A stretch of 64,000 nucleotides of DNA. It comes from a virus (taxonomy: Duplodnaviria; Caudoviricetes). The stretch is from IMG/VR virus record IMGVR_UViG_3300022848_000005; one strand, 5' to 3'. The notes under the pieces were generated by a model that was given only the letters and a program-made list of their open reading frames with translations, ran no database searches and was not told the DNA's origin. Positions within the stretch are counted from its first letter, which is position 1. Each line of letters starts with the position of its first letter. Below are positions 57,521 through 64,000 of this stretch, in pieces. The position numbers were made by a program, and so were the translations under genes.

Positions 57521-58974
57521 CAACAGCCATACTACATATCAAGGACGAAGTTAATTGCAAGATCGAAGGATTAGATTTAACAACTAGAAAAAACCTAGTA
57601 AACAAATTTAAATTTGAGATCCCCTATGCACGTTACTTACCAGCAGTCAGACTAGGTCGCTGGGATGGTAAGATCAGTTTCTTTCAGCTGAGTGGTAGCA
57701 CCTTTGTAAACTTATTGCCAGAGATTATTCCTGAACTGGAATCTGCAGGTTACGATCTAGAACTAAATGACCTGCGTGAATACAATACTAATTTTGATTT
57801 TGAGGAAGTTACTGAGGACAGTTATGCAAATATATCCTGGCCCAAGAGACATCCTGCAGAAGGTCAACCAATTAAATTACGTGACTATCAGGTTGACACT
57901 ATCAATAACTTTTTGCGCAACCCGCAATGCTTACAAGAGATAGCAACTGGTGCAGGTAAGACACTAATGACTGCTGTGCTCAGTAGTAAGTGCGAACAGT
58001 ACGGCAGAACAGTAGTTATTGTGCCTAATAAGAGTCTAGTAACACAAACAGAAGAAGACTATGTTAACATGGGCATGGATGTTGGCGTGTTTTACGGTGA
58101 TCGCAAGGAGTATACCAAGACGCATACTATATGCACCTGGCAGAGTCTAAACAGTCTGCTAAAGCGAACTAAAAACCAAGAAGCAGATATCGGTATAGGC
58201 GAGTTCTTGGAAGGTGTCGTTGGTGTTATTGTTGATGAAGTACACGGTGCTAAAGCAGACGCACTTAGAACATTACTAACAGGTGTAATGAGTCATGTAC
58301 CAATACGTTGGGGGCTAACAGGCACTATACCCAAAGAAGATTTTGAGTTTATGAGTATACGATGTAGTTTAGGTGATGTTATTAATCGTATCAGCGCAAG
58401 CGAGTTACAGGACAAAGGAGTACTGGCTAATTGTAATGTAAATATATTACAGTTAGTTGAACATACAGAATATTCAAATTATCAAAGCGAACAGAAGTAC
58501 TTGTTAGATAATACAGAAAGACTGGACTATATTGCAAGTGTAATCGAAAATATAAGACTAAGCGGTAACACACTTATACTAGTAGATAGAATTTCAGCTG
58601 GCACACGACTGTCAGAAAAGATTAAAGACGCAGTGTTTGTGCAAGGGGCAACTAAGTCGGCAGACCGCAAAGAGCAGTATGATGAAGTTGCCACCACCAC
58701 TGATAAAGTTATTGTGGCAACGTATGGCGTTGCTGGTGTTGGCATTAACATTCCCCGTATTTTTAATCTGGTTCTCATTGAGCCTGGTAAAAGTTTTGTA
58801 CGGGTTATCCAGTCTATTGGTAGGGGTATTCGTAAAGCCCAAGACAAAGACTTTGTACAGATATGGGACGTAACTTCAACATGTAAATTTAGTAAAAGAC
58901 ATTTAACAAAACGGAAGCAGTTCTATAAAGATGCTAATTATCCGTTTCAGATAGAGAAGATTACATGGCAATGA
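57517..58974 (+). CDS. uvsW: Superfamily 2 helicase, UvsW-like
   Basis: LRDYQ, ATGAGKT, VDEVH, GLTGT, ATYGVAGVGINIP and QSIGRG.R. Confidence 0.93.
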   Translation: MTTAILHIKDEVNCKIEGLDLTTRKNLVNKFKFEIPYARYLPAVRLGRWDGKISFFQLSGSTFVNLLPEIIPELESAGYDLELNDLREYNTNFDFEEVTEDSYANISWPKRHPAEGQPIKLRDYQVDTINNFLRNPQCLQEIATGAGKTLMTAVLSSKCEQYGRTVVIVPNKSLVTQTEEDYVNMGMDVGVFYGDRKEYTKTHTICTWQSLNSLLKRTKNQEADIGIGEFLEGVVGVIVDEVHGAKADALRTLLTGVMSHVPIRWGLTGTIPKEDFEFMSIRCSLGDVINRISASELQDKGVLANCNVNILQLVEHTEYSNYQSEQKYLLDNTERLDYIASVIENIRLSGNTLILVDRISAGTRLSEKIKDAVFVQGATKSADRKEQYDEVATTTDKVIVATYGVAGVGINIPRIFNLVLIEPGKSFVRVIQSIGRGIRKAQDKDFVQIWDVTSTCKFSKRHLTKRKQFYKDANYPFQIEKITWQ

Positions 58975-59765
58975 AAAAATTAGCAGTATGTGGGTGTAGT
59001 TTTTCAGCACCCAGTAACGACCCTAAACTCAAAGGAACAAGTTGGGGAGAGCAACTGGCAGATATGTTAGGCTGGGATCTATTGCATTATGCACGTCAGG
59101 GTGTTAGTAATGGCGGCATACGTGTAATGATAGACCAGTGTATTAAAGACAAAGTAGACTTTGCAGTAATAGCGCCAACGTTTCATGACAGAATGGAGAT
59201 ACCTGCCACAGCGGCTCCTTTTGATTGGAACAAGTCAACAGATGGTTGGAACCCACTAATACAACAGCACTTGCAAGACGTCGATATTAAAAACGGTTAC
59301 CAAGAAGACTTGGGTGTACAGAATATTAATTACGGCAGTAACAACTACACACTGATTAGTGAAACAATCTACACACTGGCAGAAAACTTTGATCATCCTT
59401 ATCGTAGTCAGAAACTAGATAAAATGACAGCCAGTGCAGTTAAACAGTATATTAACTTCATGTACGACAGCAATTGGAAACTTCAACAAGATCGCTGGAT
59501 CATACGTGATGGCATCATGCAGTTACACTATCACAAGATACCTTTCTTACTGGTAGCCTGTAACATATGGACAAGCGACATGGTGAGAGATCACTTTCCA
59601 GATGCAATACCTGATCATTGTTTAACATTAGATTACAAAGATACTCCTGCATACTCAACCAATGAGTGGCCTTTTGAGGGGGAGGACCCAGGCTATCACG
59701 GTGCAGTAGAAAGCCAAACTTACCTAGCAAAAAGATACAAGGAAATTATTGAATGTCATTCATAA
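58971..59765 (+). CDS. SGNH/GDSL-like protein
   Basis: AVCGCSFS block I, AR.G.SN block II, and a distal D...H. Confidence 0.45.
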   Translation: MKKLAVCGCSFSAPSNDPKLKGTSWGEQLADMLGWDLLHYARQGVSNGGIRVMIDQCIKDKVDFAVIAPTFHDRMEIPATAAPFDWNKSTDGWNPLIQQHLQDVDIKNGYQEDLGVQNINYGSNNYTLISETIYTLAENFDHPYRSQKLDKMTASAVKQYINFMYDSNWKLQQDRWIIRDGIMQLHYHKIPFLLVACNIWTSDMVRDHFPDAIPDHCLTLDYKDTPAYSTNEWPFEGEDPGYHGAVESQTYLAKRYKEIIECHS

Positions 59766-60694
59766 ATCACAAAGAAGAATCATCAGACATTAGTTGGTTT
59801 GAGGATGATGGCACAAATATCGGCATGCTTAATGACAATGGTCGTAATAGATTCTACGACCAGGCATTAAAAAGCATTTGCCAGAATAAAACGGTTGTTG
59901 ACATTGGTGCAGGCACGGGATACTTAACAGCATTAGCAATCAAGCACGGCGCAAAACATGTCACAGCAGTAGAAGCCAGTAGTAAACGTTGTGCATTCCT
60001 TAAAAACATGATAGAGAAACTGGGGTACCAAGACCGAGTTACCATTGTAAACAAAAATTATTTTGACACAGACTTACACAGCGACATAGTCGTAAGTGAA
60101 ACAATAGGTGCGCATATCTATAATGAAAACTGGTTGCGACTTGCTGACCATGCAAGAATTCGTTGTCAATATATGATACCAGAGAAGTTTTCAATTAACA
60201 TTGACTTGTACGAAAATCATCCTATCTGGACTACATGTATGCAGGAAAGCATGGCATTTAACTACAATGAGAACAATCATCCTGAGTTTGCAGATGTTCT
60301 GAATAAAGAGATGCAATTAGAAGACCGTGGAGAACAGGCAAATACCATACCTAATCTATTTTCACACCTACACAACTTTGAGGACATAAGATTAAACAAG
60401 ATCTGGCAGAGTGCCCCAATAGTTATAGACCACATGGAGTCAATGGTTGTTCCTGAAATAATTATACCTAGACATGTATTTTCTGCGTTAGGTCAAAAAC
60501 TACAAAGGCTAGGTCCCAATGATTGGGTATTTTTAAATATAAACTGGCATGCAACATTCCAAACAACAAGTATGTGGGTGTCAGATACTATTTGGCAAAA
60601 TGTGTGTAAGTGTATAGCAATACCTAAATCTGATTTACGTATTTATTTTAGCGAACAAAAAAACAAATGGATGTTTCAAAAATTACAGGATTAG
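59753..60694 (+). CDS. PRMT-like SAM-dependent methyltransferase
   Basis: MLND.GRN..Y, VVDIGAGTG, AVE, the double-E loop SETIGAHIYNE and a TIW motif. Confidence 0.75.
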   Translation: MSFINHKEESSDISWFEDDGTNIGMLNDNGRNRFYDQALKSICQNKTVVDIGAGTGYLTALAIKHGAKHVTAVEASSKRCAFLKNMIEKLGYQDRVTIVNKNYFDTDLHSDIVVSETIGAHIYNENWLRLADHARIRCQYMIPEKFSINIDLYENHPIWTTCMQESMAFNYNENNHPEFADVLNKEMQLEDRGEQANTIPNLFSHLHNFEDIRLNKIWQSAPIVIDHMESMVVPEIIIPRHVFSALGQKLQRLGPNDWVFLNINWHATFQTTSMWVSDTIWQNVCKCIAIPKSDLRIYFSEQKNKWMFQKLQD

Positions 60695-61272
60695 TTATAG
60701 TAGCACACCCAGATGACTGTGCTATACTTGCTGGAGGATTTATACAACGATATAAATCCAAGATCAACTTTGATATATGCTATCTAACATATCGACACCA
60801 GGACAGCAGAGCTCGGGAACTTGCCAAATTTTGGTTAGCAAGAAATATCGATACACAGTTTTTAGGCTATGTAGATGACTACCGTGACATGGAACACGGT
60901 ATAAGTTTTGATACTGCACAGGCAGAATTAGATATAATAAGAGTAGTTAAGAAGACACAGGCAGAATTAGATATAATAAGAAAGAAGAACTATGACCTAG
61001 TAGTTACGCATGCCAAGGACGGAGACTATGGACACATACACCACAAGTTTGTACATGAGTGTGTAACAAAGATTGATGTACCCAAGGTTTACTTTGCTAA
61101 CACAGAAGTGTATAATAATAAAATAGTGGAAAAGTCATGGTATACTCTTGATGAGTTACCTCTACATAGTGCTGTTATAAAAGACGAGTGGAGTTATCTA
61201 ACAGGCGAATACTACTATAACATAACAGAGGACGCACACCAAATAATATATGAGAATACTAACACTCAATGA
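60667..61272 (+). CDS. PIG-L/LmbE-family deacetylase
   Basis: VAHPDD, R..E and VVTH...GDYGHIHH. Confidence 0.88.
   Translation: MDVSKITGLVIVAHPDDCAILAGGFIQRYKSKINFDICYLTYRHQDSRARELAKFWLARNIDTQFLGYVDDYRDMEHGISFDTAQAELDIIRVVKKTQAELDIIRKKNYDLVVTHAKDGDYGHIHHKFVHECVTKIDVPKVYFANTEVYNNKIVEKSWYTLDELPLHSAVIKDEWSYLTGEYYYNITEDAHQIIYENTNTQ
60917..60981. repeat. 26-nt direct repeat (39-nt period) inside the deacetylase
   Basis: cacaggcagaattagatataataaga at 60917 and 60956. Confidence 0.9.
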
Positions 61273-61815
61273 CTGACAACACAAAAACAAGCAGTGAAGA
61301 AGACTTTGACTGGTTCAGTAACAATGGTATTTTTATGCCAATGATCAACGACACTGGTAGGAACATTGCATATAAAAAAGCAATTGAGAAAATAGCGCCT
61401 GGCAGTATCATGTGTGACATAGGCACAGGTACAGGATTGTTAAGTATATTAGCCGCCAAAGCTGGAGCCAAAAAAGTCTACAGTATCGAAATGGACAAGG
61501 GCAGGGCTGAGTTTGCAATAAAAATAATTCAAAAACTTGGTCTTGACGATACTATACAAGTCATTAACAAAAATTTTTACAATTGCGACAGAAATGATAT
61601 CCCAGACGATGTGGATTATTTTGTTTCTGAAACAATTGGATCACAAATATTCGACGAAGAAATAATACAAATAGCCAACAAGTCAAAAGAGTAATGTAGA
61701 ACATACCATATGGGGTAGTCCTGCAAAAACAATTTTAGCCAGAGTAAGAAACACAAACGCCGATATAAAAATATGGTACGATCATAAAATAGAAAACTGG
61801 AGACTGAATTACTAA
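61269..61815 (+). pseudogene. Second PRMT-like methyltransferase, internally deleted and frameshifted
   Basis: The N-half (61269-61694) has all SAM motifs and then stops. The +1 frame 61681-61815 encodes HTIWGSP...DIKIWYDHKIENW, matching the paralogue C-terminus DTIWQNV...DLRIYFSEQKNKW. Confidence 0.7.
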
Positions 61816-62315
61816 TGCGAATTTTAACACTTGAGAATAAATCTTTTGAAATGAACGCAATACCTGATGACGTAGGTGATTTGCGTTTCTGCGTACTAGA
61901 CAACTCAGATGCCAAGGATCCAGATTATTTCTTTATCCCATTAATCTTTATGGAATCATTTAATAGTCCTGCACTTGTGTTAAACATTGGCAATAATATT
62001 ATCAAGATGCCGGTAGACTGGCAAATTCTAATTGGTGAGCCTGATTTAGGTGACCTAGAAGTACTTCCTCTCACAAGTGTTAATGACAGAGGGTTTAGTG
62101 CGTTTGCGTTTAATCCTCGTAGCAGTTATCGACCTGAGTTTTACCCAATAGAAATAGTTGACATATACCAAGATGTAAAGTGGTACTTTCCTAAACTTAA
62201 ACCTGGACAGCTATTGGCAGTGCCACTGACTAAGGGCGATAAACCACTGTGTGCATATTTCGTTAAAGATATAAGCAGACAAAGTGAAGTTGTAGATTAC
62301 AGCAAAGTATGGTAG
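61815..62315 (+). CDS. Conserved phage protein of unknown function
   Basis: MRILTLEN...LRF.VLDNSD...PDYFFIPLIF.ESFNSPA; core-like context. Confidence 0.7.
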   Translation: MRILTLENKSFEMNAIPDDVGDLRFCVLDNSDAKDPDYFFIPLIFMESFNSPALVLNIGNNIIKMPVDWQILIGEPDLGDLEVLPLTSVNDRGFSAFAFNPRSSYRPEFYPIEIVDIYQDVKWYFPKLKPGQLLAVPLTKGDKPLCAYFVKDISRQSEVVDYSKVW

Positions 62316-62776
62316 ATAAGTTATCAATTAAAAACGAAATGGCCATGGTTGATGGCAAGGTGCGTGATTTCTACGACGACCTTACTGAAGATGAACGTAA
62401 GAAGTTTAGTCCTTATGTACTAATGAAGTTTTCAGCAAACGTGTCTGGCAACCTGGACCTTGCTGAGTATTACTTGCGTAGGTGCAATGACACAACAAAT
62501 AAAGACTTCTTTAACATTAACAAACACCCCAAACTTCAGTGGTTATGCACAACAACCATAAGTCCTAAGATGGGAAACACATACCATTATTGGTTAACAA
62601 CTCCTAAGAACGGCAGTACCAGTAACAAGGAGCGCAAGTTCTTGCAACAGATATACCCCAATGCCAAGGAAGATGAGTTGGAGTTATTGGTGAAAATTAA
62701 CACCAAAGCCGACCTTAAGGAACACGCTCGACAACTAGGTTGGTCTGACAAAGAGATTAAAGATGCCTTTAAATAA
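62309..62776 (+). CDS. gp62: Clamp-loader small subunit (T4 gp62-like)
   Basis: KKFSPY.LM...N......HP.LQW...W...K...L...YP..K..E pattern. Confidence 0.6.
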   Translation: MVDKLSIKNEMAMVDGKVRDFYDDLTEDERKKFSPYVLMKFSANVSGNLDLAEYYLRRCNDTTNKDFFNINKHPKLQWLCTTTISPKMGNTYHYWLTTPKNGSTSNKERKFLQQIYPNAKEDELELLVKINTKADLKEHARQLGWSDKEIKDAFK

Positions 62777-63341
62777 ATTTCTTGGCTACAACACAAGTCA
62801 CACTGTGATTAATGGTGAACATTTTTATCAGATAAAAGACTTCCTTGATGACAGTACTCAACTGCAAATGGTTGCAGATATTGATCGCTTTAAAAGAGAA
62901 CATCAGGGAATTCATCCACATGTAGCTGGAAACTCAGTAACTGATATGCATACTCGTGAACAGTTTCAAACTACATTGTGGCGGACATTTTACGATACTA
63001 TTGTTAAGATTGTGTCAGAAATTGAGGGGCAGGAGTTGCACATAATTAACGCATGGTCAGCAACAGCACATGCAAACAATGTCGATGACTCCTACTGGCA
63101 TCAACACTTAACTGCTTATTCATTGGTGTACTATCTACGTAATTTTGATCCTGCTCATGGCACACACTGGAAACCAGCTGACGATGAGGAGTTTATGATA
63201 TTTGGTTATGAGAACAGCATATCATTTTTTACTGCCAACTGGTCACATGATGGCGTAATGCCTCGCTGGAGACGAGAGCAGTATCTAACTGAACATCCAA
63301 GGCATGTACTAGCGGCAGAGATAGCCTGGGGGCCTGGATGA
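62763..63341 (+). CDS. 2OG-Fe(II) oxygenase-like protein
   Basis: AW......WHQH...SLVYYL...GT.W...H...R.VLA. Confidence 0.6.
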   Translation: MPLNKFLGYNTSHTVINGEHFYQIKDFLDDSTQLQMVADIDRFKREHQGIHPHVAGNSVTDMHTREQFQTTLWRTFYDTIVKIVSEIEGQELHIINAWSATAHANNVDDSYWHQHLTAYSLVYYLRNFDPAHGTHWKPADDEEFMIFGYENSISFFTANWSHDGVMPRWRREQYLTEHPRHVLAAEIAWGPG

Positions 63342-64000
63342 TATCACATGTTGTAGCCAACGGGTGCAGTTACATGGACACGTATACTAGAGGCCGAGGT
63401 CATGACGACCTAGCATTAAATCTGCAAATGCAAAGTGAAGACATCAGTATTACAGGCAGTGCGAACAGTAGAATTATAAGAACAACACTCAAACATAGTT
63501 ACGAGTCAGAATACAAGTCACTGTATGTTATTGGACTTACCTTTATCAGCAGAGAAGAATTACCTATTTGCCGTTACGATGAGTACTCTTTTCCTAAGGA
63601 ACAAGACATATGGGAAGGGGCGTGGTCTAATCCACAAAATCAACAATTTGGTAAGAATAGATGGATACCCCAATGGACTGATGCTGATACAAAACAATGG
63701 AAACTGTTTAGAGAAAAGTACGAAGTAGGCACCATGGTGGATAGACTAGAAAACCTTATGTACCAAATGTTGTCATTGATTGATAGTTTGACACAACGTG
63801 GACATAGCTGTATAATATATCAACAAGCAGACCATTGGTGGGACGGTATGTTGCCTGAAGAGTTCAACAGGATACGGCTATTAGCAGGACATAAAAATAT
63901 CATAGGTGATTTTAAGTGGTGTGCAATACGAGAACAACACCGAGCAGGAGTGGCATGTGTGCCTGGCGAAGAACACATTGAGGCTGAAATTCGACACAGA
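63338..64000 (+). CDS. SGNH-like protein, 3'-truncated by the window edge (not in the track)
   Basis: ATGA-coupled; VANGCSY and G.AN.RI.RTT; the frame is open to the window end. Confidence 0.6.
   Translation, partial: MISHVVANGCSYMDTYTRGRGHDDLALNLQMQSEDISITGSANSRIIRTTLKHSYESEYKSLYVIGLTFISREELPICRYDEYSFPKEQDIWEGAWSNPQNQQFGKNRWIPQWTDADTKQWKLFREKYEVGTMVDRLENLMYQMLSLIDSLTQRGHSCIIYQQADHWWDGMLPEEFNRIRLLAGHKNIIGDFKWCAIREQHRAGVACVPGEEHIEAEIRHR

Noticed and set aside
61675-61695. Programmed +1 frameshift giving a functional methyltransferase
   Set aside because: Even with a shift, about 130 codons of the barrel domain are missing, so deletion-driven decay is the simpler explanation.
5852-63728. Other short overlapping or antisense ORFs in the track (for example 9157..9609, 18441..18890, 19524..19976, 33451..33852, 58527..58847)
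   Set aside because: Each lies fully within a well-supported gene on the opposite strand or frame and lacks motifs and an RBS.
1-64000. Stop-codon reassignment
   Set aside because: Core genes translate full-length in the standard code and use TAA, TAG and TGA as real stops.

Overview
A 64-kb segment of a large lytic, contractile-tailed (myovirus-type) phage genome that is distantly T4-related. Several core genes recall RaK2/XacN1/Atu_ph07-type jumbo phages; that placement is from memory and needs a phylogeny. From left to right the window holds: two paralogous Thr/Ser-rich tail fibres with chaperone-like C-termini; neck and tail genes (gp15, gp14, gp13, sheath, tube); a captured Fe-S cassette (sufB plus an Nfu/NifU gene, flanked by a 64-bp direct repeat and carrying a sufC stub); dNMP kinase; gp4, probable TerS, a run of acidic proteins with capsid-targeting-like leaders, an HNH nuclease and TerL; gp32, UvsX/RecA and UvsY interleaved with twitch-type radical SAM enzymes; a ~12-kb glycan/carbamoyl/methyl modification island (three KpsS-like paralogues, carbamoyltransferase, ColD, Gmd, glycosyltransferases, cupin, FkbM); a late nuclease-like gene; an amidohydrolase and a delta-9 desaturase as auxiliary genes; an AAA ATPase, a two-hairpin candidate sRNA, UvsW, PRMT-like methyltransferases (one decayed) and a clamp-loader subunit. 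Both (A)TAAATA late-promoter motifs and near-consensus sigma70 promoters with a shared CGAGTG spacer motif are visible. I found no CRISPR array, intact tRNA, integrase or reverse transcriptase. All family assignments come from motif recognition by eye, not database searches.
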